Of a DNA stretch of 43,979 nt, positions 26,408-34,534 are shown piece by piece. Positions within the stretch are counted from its first letter, which is position 1; every line of letters starts with the position of its first letter. The stretch is taken from IMG/VR virus record IMGVR_UViG_3300036852_000388, positions 1 to 43,979 of that record. One strand, given 5' to 3'. Under the pieces are notes generated by a model that made no database searches, was not told the origin of the DNA, and was given only the letters and a program-made list of their open reading frames with translations. Position numbers and translations under genes: made by a program. The stretch is from a virus.

Positions 26408-26659
26408 ATGGCAAGTCATCCCGAAGCCCCGCTCCTGTGCACCGTCCGAGAGGTTGTTGATGTGCTGGGAGGCACCAGCGTCACTGCCGCGCGGCTCAAC
26501 GTGAGCCCGTCGGCGGTGTCCATCTGGATGAGAAAGGGCTGCCTCCCCCCGGCACGATATCTCGACATCAGCGCCGCCGTAGAGGAGTTCGGCCACCGCG
26601 TCGAACGTTCGCTCTTCCGCGAAAGCCCCCGTTTGAAGAGCGAGACGCATGCAGCGTAA
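26408..26659 (+). CDS. Cro/YdaS-like HTH regulator
   Basis: VREVVDVLGGTSVTAARLNVSPSAVSIWMRKGCLP. Confidence 0.55.
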   Translation: MASHPEAPLLCTVREVVDVLGGTSVTAARLNVSPSAVSIWMRKGCLPPARYLDISAAVEEFGHRVERSLFRESPRLKSETHAA

Positions 26660-26873
26660 TAGGCAAAAAGCGCTTGCGCAACCCGTAGTTACGCAGATGC
26701 GTGAAGATGATCCCGCGAACGACAACAGGCCGAAGGCAGGGTGCGAACAACACGTCTGGCGCTTCCTGATGCCGGGCTTCCAGATGTGCACCAATTGCGG
26801 TGCTATCCGGCGCAAGCCGTCCAACGGCACAGACAGTCACGCGCCCCGTCGACGATTCTGGTGGAGGCGCTGA
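26649..26873 (+). CDS. Small Cys/His protein (74 aa), hypothetical
   Basis: CEQH...CTNCG motif. TGATG coupling to rusA. Confidence 0.4.
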   Translation: MQRNRQKALAQPVVTQMREDDPANDNRPKAGCEQHVWRFLMPGFQMCTNCGAIRRKPSNGTDSHAPRRRFWWRR

Positions 26874-27316
26874 TGACCCAGCTCGAGCCCTGGACCTGCT
26901 GGCTGCCCTTCCCGCCAAGCCTGAATAATATTTTCACGCAGGGCATCGTGCGCGGCAAGGTCCGCCGCTTTCCCTCCAAGCGCTACAAGGCGTGGCGTGA
27001 GGAGGCCGTCATTCGCATCCGCGCCTCCTGGCGCACGCGCGCTCGCTGGCCGGTGCCGGTGGTCGTGAAGCTGGAGCTGGTGCCGCCCGACAGTCGCGGC
27101 CGGGATGCGGACAATTTCTGCAAACCAGTTTTGGACGCCCTGGTCGAATCCAGGGTGCTGCTCGACGACTCCAACAAGTACGTCAAGGCGGTGATCCCCC
27201 ACTGGGCCGACCCGCAGAAGACCTCCGGCGTCATCGTCACCATCCGGCCGGCAATTACTGACCGGCAGCGATCGAGGATGAATCTTGCACCTTCAGAAAC
27301 TGAGGTGGCGTCATGA
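26873..27316 (+). CDS. rusA: RusA-family Holliday junction resolvase
   Basis: PPSLNNIF...RDADNFCKPVLDALVESRVLLDDS motifs. Confidence 0.85.
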   Translation: MTQLEPWTCWLPFPPSLNNIFTQGIVRGKVRRFPSKRYKAWREEAVIRIRASWRTRARWPVPVVVKLELVPPDSRGRDADNFCKPVLDALVESRVLLDDSNKYVKAVIPHWADPQKTSGVIVTIRPAITDRQRSRMNLAPSETEVAS

Positions 27317-27522
27317 GTGATCCCAAACCCAAGAAACTCAAGCCGCTCACGAGAGCGCAGCAGAGGCTGCTTGCGCAATACCGGCGCGAGGGCTTCCGGC
27401 TTTACGGGCCTGAGCATCGCCCAAACCGCACGCTGCAGATTCTGATCGAGCGCGGTCTGATCATGAAGATGCCGGGGCTGTTGGGCGATGAGATCCCGCA
27501 AGGCTACGCGCCAGCTCAGTAA
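27313..27522 (+). CDS. Hypothetical protein (69 aa)
   Basis: ATGA overlap with the rusA stop. Confidence 0.5.
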   Translation: MSDPKPKKLKPLTRAQQRLLAQYRREGFRLYGPEHRPNRTLQILIERGLIMKMPGLLGDEIPQGYAPAQ

Positions 27523-27667
27523 GGAGGAGTTTCAGCGGCAGGTCCTGGCGCACTGCTCTGTGTGTCCGGCGACGCTGCGGCGATGCGATTGGGGGTGGGT
27601 CATCATGGGGGACGGCAACGCGCTGTGTGTTGCCTGCTACCTCGCAAAATTCGGGACTGGGGGAAAG
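27488..27667 (+). CDS. Zn-ribbon ORF (CSVC...CVAC) whose coding signal ends at a G_GGA_AAG heptamer; zero-frame stop only at 27835
   Basis: Hand count over 27521-27669 gives 38/49 G/C at third positions in this frame, against 21/36 in frame 1. Confidence 0.45.
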
Positions 27668-27669
27668 TC

Positions 27670-28836
27670 ATGCGTCTCAGAAAGCTTCTTGGCACAGCCT
27701 TCCTCGCTGCCGGCGGCCTCTTTGCCTTCATCGACAGCGTCATCCTCGCCAAGGGCTGGGCCGCCTACGGCCTCGACTGGTGGGACAAGCTCTCCTACGG
27801 CGCCGCAGCTGCCTCTATTCCCTGGGTGGTCGTAGGCTACCCGTTCGTGTGGTGGGTGCTGTGGGGCAAGGCGCGCTGGCGGGCCGTCTTCCCGCTGACC
27901 ATTGCCGGCATCGTCTACGCCCTCCTCATCGCCTACTCGCTCGTTGGCGCCATGGGCTCCATTGCCACCCAGCGCGGGCAAGTGATCGCAGAGCGCAAGG
28001 GGGCGTGGGAATCGATCGAGGCCCTCAAGGAGCAGCGCAAGCGGCTTGAGGACCAGCTGGCGGGCATCTCCAAGCATAGGCCCGTAGGCCAGCTCACAGC
28101 CCTGCTGGCGGCCGAGAAGGTCAAGCCGGCATGGGACTGGACCGAAGGCTGCAAGGAGCCGCGTACGGGCTCCCAGCGTCGATTCTGCACCGACATGGCC
28201 GTCCTCCAGGGTGAGCTTTCAGCCGCCGCCAAGTCAGATGAGCTGGTTGCCAAGCTCGACACCCTCAACGGCCAGATCGATGGCCGGATCCCGGTGGGTG
28301 AGAAGGCGGACCCGATGGCGTCGACGCTGGCGTCGTGGACGGGGATCAGCGAGGCGGTGGTGACGGCACGGCTGCCGATCGCAACGCCGCTGATCCTGCT
28401 GATCGGTGAGATGGTGTTCGTATGGTTCGGCTTCCTGATGCGGGAGATCGACCACAAGCAGCTCGTCATGGGCGGGCATGAGGTTCCGCGGGACTTCGCA
28501 CGCCCCGTGGAGCGGGGGGAGGCGGTGAGCGTAAGAGTCAATTCTTCCCCGGCTCCGGCGCTGCCGCCTCCCTCACGTGACCCGGTGGCCGCCGGCAGGC
28601 AGCTGGCTCAGTGGTTCTTCTCTGAGTGCACCCGCCCGGTAGCGTCCGGCGGGCTGCCTGAGGACGACTGGTACGCGCTCTACAAGGAGCAGTGCGCCAG
28701 GAGCAACGACACTCCGATCGAGATCGAGGCCTTCCGCACGCTGGCAGCGTCGAAGGGCGCCAAGCCGGTGCTGATTGAGGGGAGGTGGTTCTACCGGCAG
28801 GTACTGCCGCTCGTGCCGAGGGAGGGGGCCGCCTGA
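27670..28836 (+). CDS. Multi-TM / coiled-coil membrane protein in the replication operon, unknown function
   Basis: About four N-terminal TM segments, a long coiled coil, another TM (LILLIGEMVFVWFGFLM), then a soluble C-terminal domain. Confidence 0.6.
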   Translation: MRLRKLLGTAFLAAGGLFAFIDSVILAKGWAAYGLDWWDKLSYGAAAASIPWVVVGYPFVWWVLWGKARWRAVFPLTIAGIVYALLIAYSLVGAMGSIATQRGQVIAERKGAWESIEALKEQRKRLEDQLAGISKHRPVGQLTALLAAEKVKPAWDWTEGCKEPRTGSQRRFCTDMAVLQGELSAAAKSDELVAKLDTLNGQIDGRIPVGEKADPMASTLASWTGISEAVVTARLPIATPLILLIGEMVFVWFGFLMREIDHKQLVMGGHEVPRDFARPVERGEAVSVRVNSSPAPALPPPSRDPVAAGRQLAQWFFSECTRPVASGGLPEDDWYALYKEQCARSNDTPIEIEAFRTLAASKGAKPVLIEGRWFYRQVLPLVPREGAA

Positions 28837-28914
28837 AAAAGCTTTGGGGTGGCTCCGATCCCGGAAACCACCCCACGACAACTTAGCCGTCACACCCGTG
28901 CGAGAGGAGTAACA

Positions 28915-29427
28915 ATGTCGCAATTAGATACATCCCATGAAGAAGTCAAGCCTCTCCGTTCACGCAGGGGGCGTCTGTGGTCGCCTGGCGAGGAGGCGAC
29001 CCTCCGCCGTCTCTATCAGGAGGGCGTCGACCACCTGGCAATGGCGCAGGAGCTGCGCCGCAGCGTGCACGGCATTATCGCGAAACTCGGCAATATGGGC
29101 CTGTCCACCGGCGCGAGCCGAAAGCCGCCTGCTGTGCGGCCTGTAGAGCGCAGCATCAGGATGGTTTCGCATCACTACGGAATATCGATCGAGGAGCTAT
29201 GCAGCGGGGAAGGCCAAGCTCTCTGGATCGTATGCCCGCGGTCCGTGGTCGCGTGGCTTGCCAACCAGCTCGGGGCGTCCTCCCCACTGACCGGCCGTCG
29301 CTTAAAACGCGACCACACCACGATTCTGATGTCGTGCCGGCGGGTCAATCGGTGGCGGGCTGCTGACCATGAGTTTCGAGCGCTGACCGACCGGATGCTG
29401 GCCGATCTGCAGGAGGGTGCACGATGA
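28915..29427 (+). CDS. DnaA domain-IV-like DNA-binding protein with N-terminal SANT/GcrA-like HTH
   Basis: PRSVVAWLANQL...GRRLKRDHTTILMSCRRV matches the Bac_DnaA_C signature RDHTTV. N-terminus WSPGEEATLRRLYQEG. Confidence 0.65.
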   Translation: MSQLDTSHEEVKPLRSRRGRLWSPGEEATLRRLYQEGVDHLAMAQELRRSVHGIIAKLGNMGLSTGASRKPPAVRPVERSIRMVSHHYGISIEELCSGEGQALWIVCPRSVVAWLANQLGASSPLTGRRLKRDHTTILMSCRRVNRWRAADHEFRALTDRMLADLQEGAR

Positions 29428-30395
29428 AAGGTCACCTCGCAGAGATTGGACGCCTGAAAATTTCTGCCACGGCCAAATATGTGGCTCAAACAATGTTGGT
29501 CTCCGGCACCTCCAACATTCGAGAGATTCATGAGCTGACCGGACTGCCTGAACGGACAATTTATCGGGCAAAACGGGAGTACATGTCTGCCACCAGTGGC
29601 AGACCACTGTCATCAGTGACACTGCCATCAGTGGCAGAGCGACTGCCACCAGTGGCAGAAAGTGCCATCAGTGGCAGTGCCACCAGTGGCAAAATCACTG
29701 CCACCAGTGGCAAAACTGCCATGAGTGGCAGTGCCGTTGATGGTGACCCGTCCGACCTTGTGCAGGCTCCCCTCGCGTGCGCGGATATTACTACGCACGG
29801 GAATACTGAATCCTTACAGGATAGTTATTATAATTTTGCAGAGAGTCTTTCTCTACCCCCTACCCCCACTCCCTCCGGTCGTGTGGTCCCCCCAGGGGAC
29901 ACCGCCGATTCAGATTTAGATTCAAAAATTCCGCCGATAGAAAAAACTCCAACCTCACAGGCGGCAAATTCTGAATCGCAGGCGGCAAAAAATAAAATAC
30001 CCCTGATCGACCGTTTTGCTGCAGCCGTTGACGATCCGGACCTCGACGGAGACGGACGGTACGGGGCGGCCTTCGAGGTGCTGACCGCGGCGGGTATCGC
30101 CCGTGCCCAGATTGCCAAGCTCGGCAGGTTCATCGGTGATTTCGACGAGGCGGTATCGGTGCTGCGCTCGGTGGCCAAGGCGCGTGACCCGGCGACCTAC
30201 CTGGCAAAAATCGTCCGCACTCGGGAGCAGGAGGCCAAACAGGAATCGCTGGCCATGGCGGGTTTGCTCGACGAGCCTGAGTTCGTGCGCGGCTACCGGC
30301 GGGAGGGCTACAGCCCGATCTACAAGCGGCCGGACGGAAATTGGGAAATCTCTCGGTGGACGTTCACTCCCGAGGGCGAGGAGATCGGGGGATGA
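29424..30395 (+). CDS. Replication initiator (lambda O-like logic) carrying the origin inside its gene
   Basis: N-terminal HTH IREIHELTGLPERTIYRAKRE. The iteron array and AT-rich tract lie within the ORF. ATGA coupling to the primase. Confidence 0.55.
   Translation: MKGHLAEIGRLKISATAKYVAQTMLVSGTSNIREIHELTGLPERTIYRAKREYMSATSGRPLSSVTLPSVAERLPPVAESAISGSATSGKITATSGKTAMSGSAVDGDPSDLVQAPLACADITTHGNTESLQDSYYNFAESLSLPPTPTPSGRVVPPGDTADSDLDSKIPPIEKTPTSQAANSESQAAKNKIPLIDRFAAAVDDPDLDGDGRYGAAFEVLTAAGIARAQIAKLGRFIGDFDEAVSVLRSVAKARDPATYLAKIVRTREQEAKQESLAMAGLLDEPEFVRGYRREGYSPIYKRPDGNWEISRWTFTPEGEEIGG
29588..29730. repeat. Eight 14-bp iterons, TGCCA-YSAG-TGGCA (ori candidate)
   Basis: Copies start at 29588, 29608 (variant TGTCATCAGTGACA), 29623, 29644, 29663, 29678, 29699 and 29717. 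Spacing is 15-21 bp. Confidence 0.7.
29790..30000. other. AT-rich tract (candidate DNA-unwinding element) downstream of the iterons
   Basis: atagttattataattttgc and cggcaaaaaataaaatac. Direct repeat CAGGCGGCAAA at 29958 and 29979. Confidence 0.45.
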
Positions 30396-32060
30396 TCGTC
30401 GATGAGCTTCGCGAACGGGGTATCGAGGTCAGGCTCGACAGGGCGGGCGACCAGCGAACGCAGTGCCCCCAGTGCTCGCCCCAGCGGCACAAAAAGCGCG
30501 ACCGCTGCCTCAGCGTCACGCTCGACGGCGACGGCGCCACCTGGTTCTGCCATCACTGCGGATGGTCCGGCGGCATTCGGGAAGCTGACGGCCGCAGCGA
30601 TCGCCTACGCCAAGGAGCGCGGCATCAGCCGGGCGACTTTGGAGCGTCTTGGCGCCGCCTCCGGAATGGCGTTCTTCCCCGGCCGGCTCAACGGTAGGAG
30701 CGAGGCGGTGTTTTTCCCATACGTGCTCGACGGCGAGACGGTGAACTGGAAGGCCTGCGCTTTTCCGGAGAAGGATTTCATCGGCAAGAAGGGCGGTAAG
30801 CTGTGCTTCCTCGGGCTCGACGACGTGCTGGCGGCGGACCCGGGCGATGTGTGGCTGGTCGAGGGGGAGTGGGATCGGGCGTCACTGGTCGAGGCAGGCA
30901 TTCCAGCGGAGCGGGTGTTGTCGGTTCCGAACGGCGCCAGAGCCCCAGGGAAGGCCGCTGGCGGGCAAACCGAGGGCGGGGAGGGCGGAGGCTACGGATA
31001 CGTCGCTGACGCTCTGGAGCGCGGTCTAGGGCGCCACAAGCGGTTCATCCTGGCTGGCGACAGCGACGAGCCCGGGCACGCGTTGCGCCATGCCTTGGCG
31101 CGGATGCTCGGGCAGGCGCGCTGTTGGTACGTCGAGTGGCCGGAGGGCTGCAAGGACGCCAACGATCATCTGCGCCATGACGGACCGGAGGCGGTGCGCG
31201 ATCTCGTCGTCGACGGCGCGCTGCAGTGGCCGGTGGCGGGGCTTTACCAGCTCGATGAGCTGCCCGAGCCGCCCGTCATGGACGTGTGGAACGTGCCCAA
31301 TTTCCCGTCGTGGCACAGCCGCATTCGGCTTGCTCCGCGGACGTTGAGCATGGTCATCGGGCATCCAGGCCATGGCAAGACGGCGTTGTGGGGCCAGATT
31401 TGGCACGACGTGGCGGCAGCGAATGATTTGGTGGTGGCGGTGGCGTCGTTCGAGACGCGGCCCAAGCACCACTTCCGGCGGATGCTGCGCTCGCTCCAAG
31501 CCGGCATGCCGGAGCGCGATATGTTGGCGGAGCAGACCACGGCGGCGGACAGATGGATCAACGACCATTACCGCTGGATTCTGCACCCTGAGGAGAAGCC
31601 GACGCTGGAATGGTTCCTCGACACGGCGGAGGTCGCTGTTGTCCGACACGGCGCCAAGGTTGTGCAGCTCGATCCGTGGAATCGGCTTGAGAGCCAGCGC
31701 AATCCGAACGAGTGGGAGACGGATTATATCGGCCGGTGTCTGACGGCGGCGCATGTGTTTGCGTGCGATATGAACGTGCATTTCCAGATTTTGCTGCACC
31801 CATCGAAGATGGATGGCACGCGGCGCGGCAAGCCCCCCGATCTGGAAGACGCGGCCGGCAGCAAGCATTTCGAGAACCGCGTCGATCAAGGATTTGTGGT
31901 GCACCGATCGAAGATGTTCGATGGAGCGCAGGCGAAGACTGAGGCGGATTTTTATCATCGCAAGACCCGGTTCGAGGAACTGGGGCATCCTTGCAAAATG
32001 AAGATCAAGTTTGACTGGCGTACGCGCCGGTTTGTTGAGCAGGAAAGCGAAGGAGAGTGA
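30392..32060 (+). CDS. T7 gp4-like primase-helicase, reading frame broken between the Zn-finger and TOPRIM domains
   Basis: The Zn finger CPQCSP...WFCHHCGWSGG is in frame 2 (ATG 30392). TOPRIM VEGEWD / AGDSDEPG and Walker A GHPGHGKT are in frame 3. The switch lies at about 30566-30600. Confidence 0.8.
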
Positions 32061-32494
32061 GCGTGAGAGACGACATGACCGAGAATGCAGCCCCACCGCC
32101 CGGGAACGACCTGGGCGCCCTCAAGTACATCGTCGGCCGGCATTCAGACCTGGCCAGTCAGATCAAGACGCTGAAGTTCGAGCAGAAGGAGCTGGAGGAC
32201 AGCGCCTGGGAGAAGTGCGGCAAGAGCGCGAAGGCGATCAAGCAGCTCAGCAAGGAATCGGCCTGGGATGCCGTGAAGCGCGAGAAGCACCGCCAGCTGG
32301 AGGAGGAGATTGACGCCGCCCGCGTTGCGCTGGGCTTCCTCGCCGATCTCCCGCTGGGGCAGGCGGAGATGGAGGGGATGGAGGCTGAGAGGCAATACAG
32401 CGTCACCAATCCGATGATCCGGGCGCCGGGCGCCGGGAAGAAGCGCGGGCGGCCGAAGGGTAGCAAGAACCGCGCGGTTCAGCCGGCAGCGTGA
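32057..32494 (+). CDS. GapR-like (DUF2312) nucleoid-associated protein with C-terminal AT-hook
   Basis: LKYIVGRHSDLASQIKTLKFEQKEL...KREKHRQLEEEIDAARVALG aligns by eye with GapR. Tail GKKRGRPKGSKN. Start could be GTG 32063. Confidence 0.5.
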   Translation: MSVRDDMTENAAPPPGNDLGALKYIVGRHSDLASQIKTLKFEQKELEDSAWEKCGKSAKAIKQLSKESAWDAVKREKHRQLEEEIDAARVALGFLADLPLGQAEMEGMEAERQYSVTNPMIRAPGAGKKRGRPKGSKNRAVQPAA

Positions 32495-32712
32495 GGGGGG
32501 GCAGCATGCCAGATGATCACGTCGATATCGTTAGTTTCGAGCCGGACGGCAGCTATTGGATCTCGTGCTGGGCTTGCGGCGGCATGGGCTTCTACGAGAG
32601 TGACTGTACGTGCTGTGATGACACGTGCTGCTGCCTTGTGCCGGAGCCGCCGTCATGTAGCGAGTGCAAGGGCACAGGCTCTCTTGGTCCGATAAAGGTT
32701 GGTGGGGGATGA
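32491..32712 (+). CDS. Cys-rich DnaJ-type zinc-finger mini-protein
   Basis: CWACGGMG and CSECKGTG motifs plus a CTCCDDTCCC stretch. Confidence 0.5.
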   Translation: MRGGSMPDDHVDIVSFEPDGSYWISCWACGGMGFYESDCTCCDDTCCCLVPEPPSCSECKGTGSLGPIKVGGG

Positions 32713-33167
32713 GCAACAGACGGCAGCCAGCGCCCAATGCGCCCGGTGGCGCGATGAGCGACGTGATCAGCGACCTGCACACCGAGGGGCACCTCACGCC
32801 ACGGCAGTTCCGGGCCGCCGTGGCGTTTCTCGGCGATTTGCGGGGCGTACACGGGCGTTCCGCCGGTCTGGTAGGGGAGATGGCCGAAAAGGTGGACTCG
32901 GGCTGTAGGACCCGTCTGGGGCCGTCTGGCGGGCCATCCGGAATCTTCGCCCTGGACCAGCGCCTAAACCGCCTGCGCGGGCATGAGCGGCGGCTGATGG
33001 AGTATCTAATTAAACATCGGGAGCTTGCACGCGGTAGCTTGTCGGACTTCGGCCGCTTGCACTCGGGCTACAAGACGGCGCGCACGACACGCGCCGTTGC
33101 CATCGGTCGGATTGGGGCGCTGCTGGATACACTGGCGGATGAGTATTTGGAGCCGGACGCGGCGTAG
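32709..33167 (+). CDS. Hypothetical protein (152 aa), last gene of the rightward early operon
   Basis: ATGA overlap with the upstream gene. LTPRQFRAAVAFLGDL...LLDTLADEY suggests a possible winged-helix regulator. Confidence 0.45.
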   Translation: MSNRRQPAPNAPGGAMSDVISDLHTEGHLTPRQFRAAVAFLGDLRGVHGRSAGLVGEMAEKVDSGCRTRLGPSGGPSGIFALDQRLNRLRGHERRLMEYLIKHRELARGSLSDFGRLHSGYKTARTTRAVAIGRIGALLDTLADEYLEPDAA

Positions 33168-33178
33168 GCTGGCCGGGC

Positions 33179-33463
33179 TCATCCTGGGATCAGATCGCGC
33201 GGAGAACATTGCAGCGCCTCCGCGAAACGTTGCAGCGTCTTCAGCGGGATGTCGCTTCGACCGCCCTCGACGTTGGCAACCTGCGCTCGGGATAGCCCAA
33301 CCTTCTTGGACAATTCATCTTGCGTCAGGCGGGCCGCCTTGCGACGCGCCATGATCATGTCGCCAAAGGTTGCGCGCTCCATGACCATGCGGCCCGTGCC
33401 CTCGCAGTGCGGGCACTGCATGCTCAGGCCATTGGCGCTACGCTTCGGCATCGCGGGGGTCAT
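33179..33463 (-). CDS. Zn-ribbon + XRE-family HTH regulator (Aca-like position)
   Basis: CPHCEGTG followed by ARRKAARLTQDELSKKVGLSRAQVANVEGG. Terminal gene of the leftward mini-operon. Confidence 0.7.
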   Translation of the reverse strand: MTPAMPKRSANGLSMQCPHCEGTGRMVMERATFGDMIMARRKAARLTQDELSKKVGLSRAQVANVEGGRSDIPLKTLQRFAEALQCSPRDLIPG

Positions 33464-33663
33464 CCCTTCTTTCGTAGTGACGGGCTGCGCAGCAGCCGGA
33501 TGTAGTGTTCTCGGTACAGCTCCCGCTCGCCGCGTGTCAGGCGTTCCACCTGATCCTGGATGGCAAGGAACTCGATATCGTCCACGCCCTCCACCTCATG
33601 CGTGAGCCGCGCCAGCGAGAGCGGACCATGCCCCATGTATTTGGCTGACGGCTTCGGGAGCAT
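33460..33663 (-). CDS. Hypothetical protein (67 aa)
   Basis: ATGA overlap with the downstream HTH gene. Confidence 0.5.
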   Translation of the reverse strand: MLPKPSAKYMGHGPLSLARLTHEVEGVDDIEFLAIQDQVERLTRGERELYREHYIRLLRSPSLRKKG

Positions 33664-33672
33664 CGCGGGCGC

Positions 33673-33798
33673 TCACTGGACGAGATAGGGGATGATGGCT
33701 GGGCCGAGATATTTCATGCCCAGGATGATGATGGCCACGAGGCCGAAGGTTGCGGCGACGATGACCCAAAATTCGTTTCAAGTCGGTTCTCGGTACAT
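33673..33798 (-). CDS. Mini membrane-peptide ORF with an in-frame TGA at codon 7
   Basis: MYREPT*NEFWVIVAATFGLVAIIILGMKYLGPAIIPYLVQ. Strong G/C third-position bias after the TGA (33778-33780). Confidence 0.3.
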
Positions 33799-33806
33799 CG
33801 GGGGGC

Positions 33807-34109
33807 TCATCCTTCCAGAGTAGCCCAGCCGCGGCTTGCGCGTACAGCGTGGGACCAATTCGGCGCCTTCTGCACAACGGCACCAGTGATCGCAGCGCGA
33901 GCCTGCGTCACGTGTTTGCGGGCCAGGAGATAGCCCCAAATTGTCGTCGAGCGACTGATCGACCAGCTGCGGTCACGAAGCGACTTCAGCACCAAGGACC
34001 GAATGCGCCGCAGATCGGCCTCGACGTGGGCGAGGTGCTTGCGCCGCTTCTTCAGCTCGTAGGCGCTGATCATTTCGCGCCCCTCGCTGTCCTTCTGCCA
34101 GTACGACAT
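33807..34109 (-). CDS. Hypothetical protein (100 aa)
   Basis: SD GAGG lies 7 nt before ATG 34109. Confidence 0.5.
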   Translation of the reverse strand: MSYWQKDSEGREMISAYELKKRRKHLAHVEADLRRIRSLVLKSLRDRSWSISRSTTIWGYLLARKHVTQARAAITGAVVQKAPNWSHAVRASRGWATLEG

Positions 34110-34117
34110 TGCGGGCC

Positions 34118-34516
34118 TCATCCTTCGGTTTCGGACTGGTCGCCTTCCGGCTTCTTCTCCGGCCCAGCGATCAGCACAATGTCATCTCCGCGCTTGCCGA
34201 TGATGTGGCCGGGCTGGAGGTAGTCGCTCCGGGCCGCAACGATGGGCGCCCCGAGCCGCGGCGGCTTATTGTACTCCTCCACGAACTGGAGCGCGGCGTC
34301 GCGCATGTTGTCGGCGTAGTACACGATGGTGAGCCCGGCGAGCGGGTGCGGCTTCGGTAGGTTGCGCGCCGCGTCGTAGAGTTTGCGGAGTGTCAGCGTA
34401 TCAGCTGGCTCGGTGGGGGCATTGTAGGTCCAGCACTCGCCGTTCCAGGTGCCCCCAAGAACACCAGGGCCGACGGTCAGGGGCATGACCCACTTCGGCG
34501 GCTCGTCCTTCGACAT
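34118..34516 (-). CDS. Hypothetical protein (132 aa)
   Basis: Compact ORF with no recognisable motif. Confidence 0.55.
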   Translation of the reverse strand: MSKDEPPKWVMPLTVGPGVLGGTWNGECWTYNAPTEPADTLTLRKLYDAARNLPKPHPLAGLTIVYYADNMRDAALQFVEEYNKPPRLGAPIVAARSDYLQPGHIIGKRGDDIVLIAGPEKKPEGDQSETEG

Positions 34517-34534
34517 GTCCGGCGTTATCCTGCT

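Noticed and set aside
27562-27669. GTG 27562 as an extended start of the multi-TM protein (adds MSGDAAAMRLGVGHHGG...).
   Set aside because: This frame has poorer third-position G/C (21/36) than the overlapping Zn-ribbon frame. ATG 27670 sits right after a G-rich SD-like run.
29588-29730. Regularly spaced 14-bp repeats that could be mistaken for a CRISPR array.
   Set aside because: The repeats are only 14 bp with 1-7 bp between them. They lie inside an ORF next to an AT-rich tract and replication genes, which is iteron/origin architecture rather than CRISPR.
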